Of a DNA stretch of 64,000 nucleotides, positions 12,101-26,500 are shown in pieces. A program made the position numbers and the translations under genes. Within the stretch, counting starts at the first letter, position 1. The number at the start of each line of letters is the position of its first letter. Source of the stretch: Balanoglossus misakiensis. Taxonomy: Eukaryota; Animalia; Hemichordata. The stretch is taken from NCBI GenBank assembly GCA_040954595.2, contig CM082583.2:32542-96541 (forward strand), read 5' to 3'. The notes under the pieces were generated by a model. It did not search any database. It worked only from the letters and a program-made list of their open reading frames with translations, and had not been told where the DNA came from.

Positions 12101-15100
12101 ATTTGAAGTAATCAATTTGAATAAAAACGATTTTATACCGAATTAAACCCTTTAAGTGAAAAATAATGCGTTTTATATCAAATTTCAAAAACGGGTTAAA
12201 TAATGATCTGAGCGTGCTTATGCCTAAATAAGTTTGTATTTAACTTTAAAATGCTTTACGTATCATTTTTATTTATATTTCCTGAAATATGGAACAAGCA
12301 TTGTATTAGTATCGTTTTAAACAGTTTTCATTCCCAAATAATTAGTTTTTTATCATTTATACAAAGAAAGGTTTAAGAATTATATATTACTGTATTAGAG
12401 CTTTAAATATGCGTGTATTTATGTATCGATTGTTTATTTAATCATATTTTTTTCAAAATATACAATGTGCATATAATATCATTTTATAGTGTATTAAATA
12501 GTTTTTTTATCAAATGTTCTAACAGTGTTTAATTGCCTAAATTAGTGTTTTGAAATGTTTCTTGTCTTTTTAGATATAAAAAAGCAATATGGAACAAACA
12601 TCGTTTTTTATGTCGTATTGAAAAGTTATATAAAGTGTTTAAAAGCCTTTAATCGAGAGAAAAATTTAAAAAGGAATTTAGATTGTTTATAATCCTAAAT
12701 AAGGCCGTGTTTGAGTTAAATGTGCGATATGAAGTTTTTGGGCCCAAATAAAGGATGGTTTTATGTTATGTTCAAAGAAAGGTTTTAGAACGATTTAACA
12801 GTTTTCCAAAGGCTTAAAAAGGGGTGTAAATATATAGAAATTGCTTGTTAAATCATTTCCGTTAAACATACGCTTTGTGAATATGACATTGATTCTATAA
12901 GGTATTAAACATTTTTTGTGAAAAATTTAAGCATGTTATGGAAAAAAATTTCAAAAAGGTTTTTAAAAAATGATCCCACATTGTTTTTTAGCATAAATAA
13001 GTGGTTTTGAATTTAAAATGCTTATTGAATCGTTTTTATTTAATAAATGCGATATGAAACTAACAGCGTTTTTAGTATCGTATTGAGCATTTTTCTTGTC
13101 AAATAATGTTTTTTTGTAATACATTCAAAAGAGACTTTAGAATGATAAGCAAAACATTTATATTGGAAATGCTTATTAAATCATTTTCAAATTAAAAACT
13201 TAATTTTGGCTTATTTGATTTTTATTCAATACATATACGAATCATAACATCTATTTTATATCAGTTTTTGGAGTTTATTATATTTTCATATGAAAATAAT
13301 TCGCAAGCCTAGAAATATTGGGTGTTTTTGAATTTGAAATCAGTATCTAATAAGTTCTATTTAAAAGTGCGTTATGGACCGAATATCGTTTTAGTATTGT
13401 ATTTAAAGTTTTTGTGCACAAATTAATGGTTGTTTTGTTGCATATTCAAAAAAATGATTTAGAATGATTTTAAAGTGTTCTGAAGCCTTTAATCATGTTG
13501 CATTCATGTTAAAATCGCTTGTTAAAACATTTTCATTTGCAGTAATCAATTTGAATAAAAACGATTTTATACCGAATTAAACCCTTTAAGTGAAAAATAA
13601 TGCGTTTTATATCAAATTTCAAAAACGGGTTAAATAATGATCTGAGCGTGCTTATGCCTAAATAAGTTTGTATTTAACTTTAAAATGCTTTACGTATCAT
13701 TTTTATTTAAATTTCCTGAAATATGGAACAAGCATTGTATTAGTATCGTTTTAAACAGTTTTCATTCCCAAATAATTAGTTTTTTATCATTTATACAAAG
13801 AAAGGTTTAAGAATTATATATTACTGTATTAGAGCTTTAAATATGCGTGTATTTATGTATCGATTGTTTATTTAATCATATTTTTTTCAAAATATACAAT
13901 GTGCATATAATATCATTTTATAGTGTATTAAATAGTTTTTTTTATCAAATGTTCTAACAGTGTTTAAATGCCTAAATTAGTGTTTTGAAATGTTTCTTGT
14001 CTTTTTAGATATAAAAAAGCAATATGGAACAAACATCGTTTTTTATGTCGTATTGAAAAGTTATATAAAGTGTTTAAAAGCCTTTAATCGAGAGAAAAAT
14101 TTAAAAAGGAATTTAGATTGTTTATAATCCTAAATAAGGCCGTGTTTGAGTTAAATGTGCGATATGAAGTTTTTGGGCCCAAATAAAGGATGGTTTTATG
14201 TTATGTTCAAAGAAAGGTTTTAGAACGATTTAACAGTTTTCCAAAGGCTTAAAAAGGGGTGTAATTATATAGAAATTGCTTGTTAAATCATTTCCGTTAA
14301 ACATACGCTTTGTGAATATGACATTGATTCTATAAGGTATTAAACATTTTTTGTGAAAAATTTAAGCGTGTTATAGAAAAAAATTTCAAAAAGGTTTTTA
14401 AAAAATGATCCCACATTGTTTTTTAGCATAAATAAGTGGTTTTGAATTTAAAATGCTTATTGAATCGTTTTTATTTAATACATGCGATTGAAACTAATAA
14501 CGTTTTTAATATCGTTTTGAGCAGTTTTCTTGCCAAATAATGTTTTTTTTGTAATACATTCAAAAGAGACTTTAGAATGATAAGCAAAACATTTATATTG
14601 CTTATTAAATCATTTTCATATTAAAAACTTAATTTTGGCTTATTTGATTTATTCAATACATATACAAATCAAAACATCTATTTTATATCAGTTTTTGGAG
14701 TTAATTATATTTTCAGATAAAAATAATTCGCAAGCCTTAAAATATTGGGTGTTTTTGAGTTTGAAATCACTATCTAATAATTTTTATTTAAAAGTGCGTT
14801 ATGGACCATATATCGTTTTAGTATTGTATTTAAAGTTTTTGTGCACAAATTAATGGTTATTTTGTAGCATATTCAAAGAAATTATTTAGAATGATTTTCA
14901 AGTGTTTTGAAGCCTTTAATCATGTTGCATTCATGTTGAAATCGCTTGTTGAAACATTTTCATTTGAAGTAAACATTGTGAATAAAAACGATTTTATACC
15001 GTAATTAAACCCTTTAAGTGAAAAATAATGCGTTTTATATCAAATTTCAAAGACGGGTTAAATAATGATACCAGGGTGCTTTTTATGCCTAAATAAGTTT

Positions 15101-16400
15101 GTATTTAACTTTAAAATGCTTTACGGATCATTTTTATTTAAAACCTGAAATATGGAACAAGCATTGTTTTAGTATCGTTTTAAATGGTTTTCATTCCCAA
15201 ATAATTAGTTTTTTATCATATATACAAAGAAAGGTTTAAGAATTATATATTACTGTATTAGAGCTTTAAATACGCGTGTATTTATGTATCGATTGTTTAT
15301 TTAATCATATTTTTTTAAAATATACAATGTGCATATAACATCATTTTATACAGTATTAAATAGTTTTTTTTTACCAAATGTTCTAACAGTGTTTACATGC
15401 CTGAATTAGTGTTTTGAAATGTTTCTTGTCTTTTTAAATGTAAAAAAGCAATATGGAACATACATCGTTTTTTATGTCGTATTCAGAAGTTTTCGTGCCA
15501 AAATATTGTGTTTAAGTAATACTTTCAATGAAAGTTTTTGAATGATTATAAAGTGTTTAAAAGCCTTAAATCGAGAGAAAAATTTTAAAAGGAATTTAGA
15601 ATGTTTATAATCCTAAATAAGATTGTGTTTGAGTTAAATGTGCACGATGAAGTTTTTGGGCCCGAATAAAGGATGGTTTTATGTTATGTTCAAAGAAAGG
15701 TTAGAATGATTTAACAGTTTTCCAAAGGCTTAAATAGGGGTGTAAATATATAGAAATTGCCTGTTAAATCATTTCCGTTAAACATACGCCTTTTGAATAT
15801 GACATTGATTGTATAAGGTATTAAACATTTTTGTGAAAAAATAAAGCTTCAAGGGTTTAATAATGATCCCACATTGTTTTTTTTTGCCTAAATAAGTGGT
15901 TTTCAATTTAAAATGCTTATTGAATCGTTTTTTTTTTAAAACATGCAATATGAAACAAATAACGTTTTTCAGTGTCGTATTGAGCAGTTTTCTTGCCAAA
16001 TAATGTTTTTTTTGTAATACTTTTAAAAAAGACTTTAGAATGATAGAAAACCGGTTCAATGCCTCGAAAAACATTTATATTGGAATTGCTTGCTAAATCA
16101 TTTTTGTGAATTCTTGCATAATAATTGTTTATAATTCCAAATATTAAAAACTTAGCTTATTAAATTAGATTATTATAGACGAAAATTATTTCAAAGCCTA
16201 AAAATATGGGCTGTTTTTGAGTTTGAAATCATTATCTAATAATTTTTATCAAAAACGTACGTTATGGACCAAATATCGTTTTGGTATTGTATTTAAAGAT
16301 TTCGAATGATTTTAAAGTGTTCTGAAGCATTTAATCATTGTGCATTTATGTTGAAATCGCTTTTTAAATCATTTTCATTTGAAATAAACAATGTGTGACA
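9161..16400 (-). repeat. Satellite C, proximal block: about 5 tandem copies of an AT-rich ~1.43-kb unit
   Basis: Landmark tgttRaaatcgct at 9167, 10591, 12073, 13507, 14934 and 16349. Confidence 0.95.
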
Positions 16401-16574
16401 AAGTCTCTCTTAAAAGAGTTTTTACTCTCATATCACACAAGCGAGATGGGTGTCGGTAAATGTTGATTCTCTATATATCCACAAGGGGTGTTTATATTTT
16501 CGAAAACAAAGTTAATGTTTTAAGCCTTTTTTTAATTGGAAATGATAAATGAGTCATTTTTAATTTAAATTTTT

Positions 16575-19500
16575 TGGTGGGGCTAGTGCGGCTTTGGGGA
16601 TGCAGGTCTGGGTGCTGATAAGAGTGCGTGGGAATAGGTTGGGGTAAAGTTGTGTGGTAGTGGTGATAGCTGGCAAGGTCGCGAGCCTTAGTTTAAGTTT
16701 GGAGTTGGATCGGTGATTGTTGTTTGAGTAATAACGTATTTTTTAAGAGTACAATTCTGGGATTGACTTTGGGTCGAGGTTTGAGGTAAGATGTGGATTG
16801 TGTCGGTTTAAATTGGGGTCCCAGTAAGGATTAGGTTTCGGGATGAGTGTGGAAGGATGATATACGGATGATAGATGGGATCAAATCATTGGGCGTGTAT
16901 TTGCTACAAATGGTAGGTATTGGTTCGTAATAGAGTCTTGGTGTTGTATATTTCGGGTGGCAGTGGTATGAGTTTGGTTTATGCCAATCTTTAAGTTAAG
17001 TGTTATTTGGGTTACCACCGTTGAGCATTGATGGCTTGGGTGATGATAAGTGGGGCAAGAATGATTGAGTTTGGTTTGTTTGGGCTATGATAGGTTGAGT
17101 GATGGCTAGGATTTGTGGTGGGAATAAGGTGTGGTCACGTAAGAGATTGAGGCATTATAGGGTCTGGTGCGGCTTTGGTGAACGAGGCAAGGGTGGTGAT
17201 GAGGGTGCGAGTAGGAGTATGTTCGGGTAAAGTTGGGTGTGAGTCGTGTTGGGGTGGTGGGTGATAGCTGACAAGGTCGTGTGAGTTAGTTTAAGTTTTG
17301 AGTTGGATCGATGATTGTTGTTTGAGCAATAAGGTATTTTTGAGAGTACAACACTGGGATTGACTTCGGGGAGAGGTTTGAGGTACGAATGGGATTGGGT
17401 CATTGTTTTAAGGTGGGGTTCCGTAAGGATTAGGTTTTTGGATGAGTGTGGATGAATGATATATGGGTGATAGATGGGATGGGTGATAGATGAATATTTG
17501 AAGGGATTAAATCTTTGGTCGCCTATTTTCTACAAATGGTAAGTTTTGGTTCGTGAAAAAGAGTCCTGATGTATTGTTGGAGTGGCAGTGGTATGAGTTA
17601 AGTGTTATTTGGTTGGCCGTCGGGTATTGATGGTAGGCTTAGGCTAGGGTCAATTTTGATTTGGTTTGGATTGTTTTGGCATAATACGTTGGGAGACTGC
17701 CAGGATTTTAATTTGTGGTTGGTGTAAGGTGTGGTGTAAGAGATGGTGCGGTTTTGGTGAAGGAGGCCAGGGTGGTGATGGGAGTGCGAGTGTGAATAGG
17801 TTTGGGTAAAGTTGGGTGGGAGTGGTGACGGGGTGGTGAGTGGTAGCTGATTAAGTTTAACATTATAGTTTGATAGGTGATTGGTGTTTGAGTAATATGA
17901 ATTTTTTTGATAGTATAATTCTTGCATTGACTTCGGGGTGATGTTTGAGGTACGAAGTTGATTGGGTTATCGGATTAGGGTGGGGCCCAGTAAGGATTAA
18001 GTTTCGGGATGAGTGTGGAATGATGATATATGGGATCAAATCTTTGGTCGTGTATTTGCTACAAATGGTAGGTATTGGTTCGTAATAGAGTCTTGGTGTT
18101 GTATATTTCGGGTGGCAGTGGTATGAGTTTGGTTTATGCCAATCTTTAAGTTAAGTGTTATTTGGGTTACCACCGTTGAGCATTGATGGCTTGGTTGATG
18201 ATAAGTGGGGCAAGAATGATTGAGTTTGGTTTGTTTGGGCTATGATAGGTTGAGTGATGGCTAGGATTTGTGGTGGGAATAAGGTGTGGTCACGTAAGAG
18301 ATTTAGGCATTATAGGGTCTGGTGCGGTTTTGGTGAAGGAGGCCAGGGTGGTGATGAGGGTACGAGTAGGAGTATGTTCGGGTAAAGTTGGATGTGAGTG
18401 GTGTTGGGGTGGTGGGTGATAGCTGACAAGGTCGTTTGAGTTAGTTTAAGTTAAGAGTTGGATCGATGATTGGTGTTTGAGCAATAAGGTATTTTTTGAG
18501 AGTACAATACTGGGATTGACTTCGGGTAGAGGTTTGAGGTACGAATGGGATTGGGTCATTGGTTTAAGGTGGGGTTCCAGTAAGGATTTGGTTTTGGGAT
18601 GAGTGTGGATGAATGATATATGGGTGATAGATGGGATGGGTGATAGATGAATATTTGAAGGGATTAAATCTTTGGTCGTCTATTTTCTACAAATGGTTGT
18701 AAAAAAAGAGTCCTGATGTATTGTTGGAGTGGCAGCGGTATGAGTTAAGTGTTATTTGGTTGGCCGTCGGGTATTGATGGTAGGCTTAGGGTAGGGTCAA
18801 TTTTGATTTGGTTTGGATTGTTTTGGCATAATAGGTTGGGTGACTGCCAGGATTTAAATTTGTGGTTGGTGTAAGGTGTGGTGTAAGAGATGGTGCGGTT
18901 TTGGTGAAGGAGGCCAGGGTGGTGATGGGAGTGCGAGTGTGAATAGGTTTGGGTAAAGTTGGGTGGGAGTGGTGACGGGGTGGTGAGTGGTAGCTGAGTT
19001 AGTTTAACATTATAATTTGATAGGTGATTGGTGTTTGAGTAATAAGAATTTTTTTGATAGTATAATTCTTGCATTGACTTCGGGGTGATGTTTGAGGTAC
19101 GAAGTTGATTGGGTTATCGGATTAGGGTGGGGCCACAGTAAGGATTAGGTTTCGGCATGAGTGTGGAAGGATGATATATGGATGATAGATGGCATCAAAT
19201 CTTTGGTCGTGTATTTGCTACAAATGGTAGGTATTGGTTCGTAATATCGTCTTGGTTTTGTATATTTGGGGTAGCAGTGGTATGAGTTTGGATTTATGCC
19301 AATCTTTAAGTTATTTGGGTTGCCGTTGAGCATTGATAGCTTGGATGATGATAAGTGGGGCTAGGGTCAATTTTGTTTGGGTTTGGGTTGTTTGGGCTAT
19401 GATAGGTTGGGTGATGGCTAGGATTTGTGGTGGGTGTAAGGTGTGGAGTAAAAGAGGGAGGCATTATGTGGTCTGCTGCGGTTTTGGTGAAGGAGGCCAG

Positions 19501-19800
19501 GGTGATGATGGGGGAACGAGTGGGAATAGGCTGGGGTGAAGTTGGGTGGGAGTAGTGACGGGATGGTGAAAGTGTAAGTTTGGAATTGGATCGATGATTG
19601 GTGTTTGAGTAATAAAGTATTTTTTGAGAGTACAATTCTGGGACTGACTTCGGGGTGAGGTTTTGAGGTACGAAGGGGATTGGGTCATGGGATTAATGTG
19701 GGGTCCCAGTAAGGATTAGGTTTCGGGATGAGTGTGGATGAATGATCTATGGATGATAGATGGGATGGGTGATAGATGAATATTAGGATGGTTCAAAGAT
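16575..19800 (-). repeat. Satellite B, proximal block: about 5.5 copies of a G/T-rich ~575-bp unit with a 1147-bp dimer
   Basis: Landmark gtgcggYtttgg near 16586, 17166, 17745, 18321, 18892 and 19475; near-identical ORFs at 17598 and 18745. Confidence 0.93.
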
Positions 19801-19849
19801 GGATGGTAACAGATGGATGTATAAATGATGGATGAATGACAGATGGATT

Positions 19850-20030
19850 TAACTTAATTTGATTGATTAATATAATGTATTTTAATTAATTTGTTTTGTT
19901 TTGATTTAATTTGATTTTTATTTGATTTAATTTAATATAATTTATTTTACTCTAATTTAATTTTATAACATTAATAATATGATTTCGATTTAATTTAATT
20001 TAATTTATTTCAATTTGATTTGATTTGAGT
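19850..20030. repeat. AT-rich low-complexity tract (TTAAT/TTGAT-type pentamers)
   Basis: Repeated tttaa/ttgat units. Confidence 0.75.
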
Positions 20031-20584
20031 GCTATTCCTTTTATTAAATGAACACACGTACACAATAGGTGAATCGGCTCAATGGGCAACAATTTTAATG
20101 AACTGAAGAAAGAAGAAATTGTACATCGAAGTGAAAGGCTTCCCTAAGGTCACAAAATTTCGTGTATAAAGACTCCATTGTGTGCTCAATCATCCCAAAC
20201 GCCAGGGGTCTAACTGCTCTGGATGCTGAGATATGGGAAAGTAAGTCAAAGGTCACCTAAAATTGGGGCATAAAATTTTGACCCCATGGTGGGCCTCCAA
20301 CCAAAACCAGACCTCCAGCCCTATCATGTGACTAATTAAATATTTACGAGCCACTGCAATCATTGGTCCCTATCACCCTACCAAGTTTCAGCCCCATAGG
20401 TTATGCGGTTTTCGAAATCCGGTCGAATTTTGGAGAATTATTAAAGCTGCAAGCAGCGCTGATCTGGAATTATTTATGTACATTATGAATTATAGGAAAC
20501 ATAATGCTCTATCAGGTGTTTATCCCAGGCAAGGGTTATACAATACAAAAGCGATGTTATTTCCATATCGCATGTTTTTAATAT

Positions 20585-23500
20585 TTGACCCTTGACTCTC
20601 GATCTCTAACACTTTACCTTTGACCATTGACCAGCTGTCTGAACTATAACCCTTGAACCCCTTGACCCTCGATCTCCAACTCTTAAACCCTTGACCTTTG
20701 ACCCTTGAACTCTAACATTTGACCCTTGAGTCTTGATCTCTAACCCTTGACCTTAGACCCTTGAAAACTAACCCTTGAACCCAAAACTCTTGACTCTTGA
20801 ACCTGACCACTGACCCTGCTTGACCCATCAACTATAATCCTTGACCTTTGACCCTTGACCCCTTGACCCTCAATCTCCAACTCTTAAACTCTAACCATTG
20901 ACCTTTGAACTCTAATCCTTGACCATTGAACTCCAACACTTGATCCTTGACCACTTGAACCTTGGACTCTAACCATTGAACCTTTGACCCATGACCTCCA
21001 ACCCTTGACCCATGAGCTCTTACCCTTGACCCCTTACCTTGACCCTTGAACTCTTACCTTTGACATTTGATCTCTAACCCTTGACCTATGACCTTTGAAA
21101 TCTAACCTTTGACCCTTGAAACAAAACACTTGACCCTTAAACCCTAAACTTAACAACTGACCCATAATGCTTGACCCTTAAACCCTTGACCCTTAAACTA
21201 TAACCCTTGAACGTCAACTGTTGACCCATCAACTATAATCCATGACCTTTGACCCTTGATCTCCAACTCTTGAACTCTAACCCCTGACCTTTGTCGCTTG
21301 AACTCTAACCCTTGGCTCATGAACTCTAACCCTTGACCCTTGAACTCGAACCCTTTAACTCTAACATTTGACCCTTGAACTCTTATCCTTGACATTTGAT
21401 CTCTAACCCTTGACCTTTGACCCTTGATATTTAACCCTTGACCCTTGAAACAAAATACTTGATCCTTAAACCCAAAACTTGATAACTGACCCTGAATGCT
21501 TGACCCTTAAACCCTTGACCCTAGAACCCTTGACCATTAAACTCTAACCCTTGAACGCCAACTGTTGACCCATCAACAATAATCCTTGACCTTTGACCCT
21601 TGACCCCTTGATCTCCAACTCTTGAACTCTAACCCTTGACCTTTGACCCTTGAACTCAAATCCTTGGCTGGTGAACTCTAACCCTTGACCGTTGAACTCA
21701 AATCCTTGACCCTTGACCCCTTGAACTCTAACCCTTGATCCTTGTGCTCATAGCCTTGACCCTTGACCCCCTTGACCCTCGATCTCCAACTCTTGAACTC
21801 TAACCCTTGACCCTTGACCCCTTGAACTCTAACCCTTGATCCTTGACCCCTTGAACCTTGGACTCTAACCATTGAACCTTTGACCCATGAACTCTAACCC
21901 TTGACCCTTGAGCTCTTACCCTTGACCCCATGACCCTCGATCTCCAACTCTTGAACTCTAACTCTTGACCCCTTGAACCTTGGACTCTGGCCATTGAACC
22001 TTTGACCCATGAACTCCAACCCTTGACCCTTGAGCTCTTACCCTTGAACCTTTGACCCTCAATCTCCAACTCTTTAACTCTAACCCTTGACCTTTGACCC
22101 TTGAACTCTTACCCTTGACTATTGATCTCTAACCCTTGATCTTTGACCCTTGAACTCTAACCCTTGAACTCTCTCTTCTCCTCCCCCTCACTCTCCATCC
22201 CATTCTCTCTCTCCGTTACTCTCTAATAATAAATGTTAAACCCTAAACTTGACAACTGAGCCTTAATGCTTGACCCTTACACCCTTGACCCTAGAACCCT
22301 TGACCATTAAACTCTAACCCTTGAACGCCAACTGTTGACCCATCAACTATAATCCTTGATCTTTGACCCTTGACCTTTGACCCTTGAACTCTAATCCTTC
22401 ACTCTTGAACTCTAACATTTGACCATTGAGTCATGATCTCTCACCCTTGACCTTTGACCCTTGAAATTTAACTCTTGAACCCAAAACTCTTGACCCTTGA
22501 ACCTTACCACTGACCCTGCTTCACCCTTAAGCCCTTGACCATTAAACTCTAACCCTTGACCTTTGAACTCTAATCCTTGACCTTTGACCCCTTGACCACT
22601 TGAACCTTGGACTCTAACCATTGAACCCTTGACCCATGAACTCCAACCCTTGACCCATGTGCTCTTACCCTTGACCCTTAACTTTACCCTTGACCCTTGA
22701 ACTCTTACCCTTGACATTTGATCTCTAACCCTTGACCTTTGAAAAAAACTCTTGACCCTTAAACCCTAAACTTGACAACTGACCCTTAAACTCTAACCCT
22801 TGAACGTCAACTGTTGACCCATCAACTATAATCCTTGACCTTTGACCCTTGATCTCCAACTCGTGAACTCTAACCCTTGAACTCAAATCCTTGACCCAGG
22901 ACCCCTTGACCATTGAACTCTAACCCTTGATCCTTGACCCTTGAACCTTGGACTCTAACCCTTGAACCTCGATCTCCAAGTCTTGAACTCTAACCCTTGA
23001 CCTTTGACCCTTGAACTCTAATCCTTGACCCCTTGAACCATGGACTCAAACCATTGAACCTCTGACCCATGAACTCCAACCCTTGACCCTTGAGCTCTTA
23101 CCCTTGACCCCTTGACCCTCGATCTCCAACTGTTGAACTCTAACCCTTGACCTTTGACCATTGAACTCTAACCCTTGACCCTTGAACTCTAACATTTGAC
23201 CCTTGAACACTTACCCTTGACTCTTGATCTCTAACCCTTGAACTCTAACCCTTGAACTCTCACATTTGACCCTTGAACTCTTACCCTTGACATTTGATCT
23301 ATAACCCTCGACCTTTGAGCCTTGAAATCTAACCCTTGACCCTTGAAACTAAACTCTTGACCCTTAAACCCTAAACTTGATAACTGACCCTTAATGCTTG
23401 ACCTTTAAACCCTTGACCCTAGACCCTTGACCATTAAACTCTAACCCTTGAACGCCAACTGTTGACCCATCAACTATAATCCTTGACCTTTGCGCCTTGA

Positions 23501-26500
23501 CCCCTTGAACTCTAACCCTTGACCTTTGACCCTTGAACCCAAATCATTGGCTCGTGAACTCTAACCCTTGACCGTTGAACTCAAATCCTTGACCCTTGAC
23601 CCCTTGAACTCTAACCCTTGATCCGTGTGCTCATACCCTTGACCCTTGACCCTCGATCTCCAACTCTTGAACTCTAACCCTTGACCTTTGACCATTGAAC
23701 TCTAACCCTTGATCCTTGACCCCTTGAAACTTGGACTCTAACCATTGAACCTCTGACCCATGAACTCCAACCCTTGACCCTTGAAACTAAACTCTTGACC
23801 CTTAAACCCTAAACTTGACAACTGGCCCTTAAAGCTTGACCTTTAAACCCTTGACCCTAGAACCCTTGACCATTAAACTCTAACCCTTGAACGCCAACTG
23901 TTGACCCATCAACTATAATCCTTGACCTTGACCCCTTGAACTCTAACCCTTGACCTTTGACCCTTGAACTCCAACCTTGGCTCGTGAACTCTAACCCTTG
24001 ACCGTTGAACTCAAATCCTTGACCCTTGACCCCTCGACCATTGAACTCTAACCCTTGATCCTTGTGCTCATACCCTTGACCCCCTTGACCCTCGATCTCC
24101 AACTCTTGAACTCATACCCTTCACCTTTGACCCTTGAACTCAAATCATTGGCTCGTGAACTCTAACCCTTGACCGTTGAACTCAAATCCTTGACCCTTGA
24201 CCCTTTGACCATTGAACTCTAACCCTTGATCCTTGTGCTCATACCCTTGACCCTTGACCCACTTGACCCTTGATCTCCAACTCTTGAACTCATACCCCTG
24301 ACCTTTGTTGCTTGAACTCTAACCCTTGGCTCGTGAACTCTAACCCTTGACCTTTGACCATTGAAATCTAACCCTTGAACGCAAAACCCTAACCCTTGAC
24401 CATTAAAGTCTAACCCTTGAACGCCAACTGTTGACCCATCAACTACAATCATTGACCTTTGACCCTTGACCCTCGATCTCCAACTCTTAAACTCTAACCC
24501 TTGACCTCTAATCCTTGATCCTATACCGCTTGAACCTTGGACTCTAACCATTAAACCTCTAACCCATGAACTCCAACCCTCGACCCTTGAACTCTAACCC
24601 TTGACCTTTGAACTCTAACATTTGACCCTTGAACTCTTACCCTTGATTCTTGATCTCTAACCCTTGAACCCTAGACCATTAAACTCTAACCCTTGAACGC
24701 CAACTGTTGACCCATCAACTGTAATCCTTGACCTTTGACCCTTGATCTCCAACTCTTGAACTCTAACCCTTGACCTTTGACCCTTGAACTCAAATCCTTG
24801 GCTGGTGAACTCTAACCCTTGACCGTTGAACTCAAATCCTTGACCCTTGACCCCTTGACCATTGAACTCTAACCCTTGATCCTTGTGCTCATAGCCTTGA
24901 CCCTTGACCCCCTTGACCCTCGATCTAAAACTCTTGATCTCTAACCCTTGACCCTTGACCCCTTGACCATTGAACTCTAACCCTTGATCCTTGACCCCTT
25001 GAACCTTGGACTCTAACCATTGAACCTTTGACCCATGAACTCTAACCCTTGACCCTTGAGCTCTTACCCTTGACCCCTTGACCCTCGATCTCCAACTCTT
25101 GAACTCTAACTCTTGACCCCTTGAACCTTGGACTCTGGCCATTGAACCTTTGACCCATGAACTCCAACCCTTGACCCTTGAGCTCTTACCCTTGAACCTT
25201 TGACACTCAATCTCCAACTCTTTAACTCTAACCCTTGACCTTTGACCCTTGAACTCTTACCCTTGACTATTGATCTCTAACCCTTGATCTTTGACCCTTT
25301 AACTTTAACCCTTGAACTCTCTCTTCTCCTCCCCCTCACTCTCCATCCCATTCTCTCTCTCTATCACTCTCTAATAATACATGTTAAACCCTAAACTTGT
25401 CAACTGAGCCTTAATGCTTGACCCTTAAACCCTTGACCCTAGAACCCTTGACCATTAAACTCGAACCCTTGAACGCCAACTGTTGACCCATCAACTATAA
25501 TCCTTGATCTTTGACCCTTGACCTTTGACCCTTGAACTCTAATCCTTCACTCTTGAACTCTAACATTTGACCCTTGAGTCATGATCTCTCACCCTTGACC
25601 TTTGACCCTTGAACCCAAAACTCTTGACTCTTGAACCTTACCACTGACCCTGCTTCACCCTTAAACCCTTGACCATTAAATTCTAACCCTTGAACGCCAA
25701 CTGTTGACCCATCAACTATAATCCTTGACCTTTGACCCTTGACCCCTTGACCCTCGATCTCCAACACTTAAATTCAAACCCTTGACGTTTGACCCCTTGA
25801 CCACTTGAACCTTGGACTCTAACCATTGAACCTTTGACCCATGAACTCCAACCCTTGACCCATGAGCTCTTACCCTTGACCCTAAACTCTTACCCTTGAC
25901 CCTTGAACTCTTACCCTTGACATTTGATCTCTAACCCTTGACCTTTGACCCTTGAAAAAAAACTCTTGACCCTTAAACCCTAAACTTGACAACTGACCCT
26001 TAATGCTTGACCCTTTAACCGTTGACCCTTAAACTCTAACCCTTGAACGTCAACTGTTGACCCATCAACTATAATTCTTGACCTTTGACCCTTGATCTCC
26101 AACTAGTGAACTCTAACCCTTGAACTCAAATCCTTGGCTCGTGAACTCTAACTATTGACATTTGACCCTTGAACTCAAATTCTTGACCCAGGACCCCTTG
26201 ACCATTGAACTCTAACCCTTGACCTTTGACCCTTGAACTCTAATCCTTGACCCCTTGAACCTTGGACTCAAACCATTGAACCTCTGACCCATGAACTCCA
26301 CCCCTTGACCCTTGAGCTCTTACCCTTGACCCCTTGACCCTCGATCTCCAACTCTTCAACTCTAACCCTTGACCCTTGAACTCTAACATTTGACCCTTGA
26401 ACTCTTACCCTTGACTCTTGATCTCTAACCCTTGACCTTTGACCCTTGAACTCTAACCCTTGAACACTAACATTTGACCCTTGAACTCTTACCCTTGACA

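Noticed and set aside
10022-19688. Short ORFs in satellites C and B
   Set aside because: They recur with the repeat period, are compositionally biased and have no domain.
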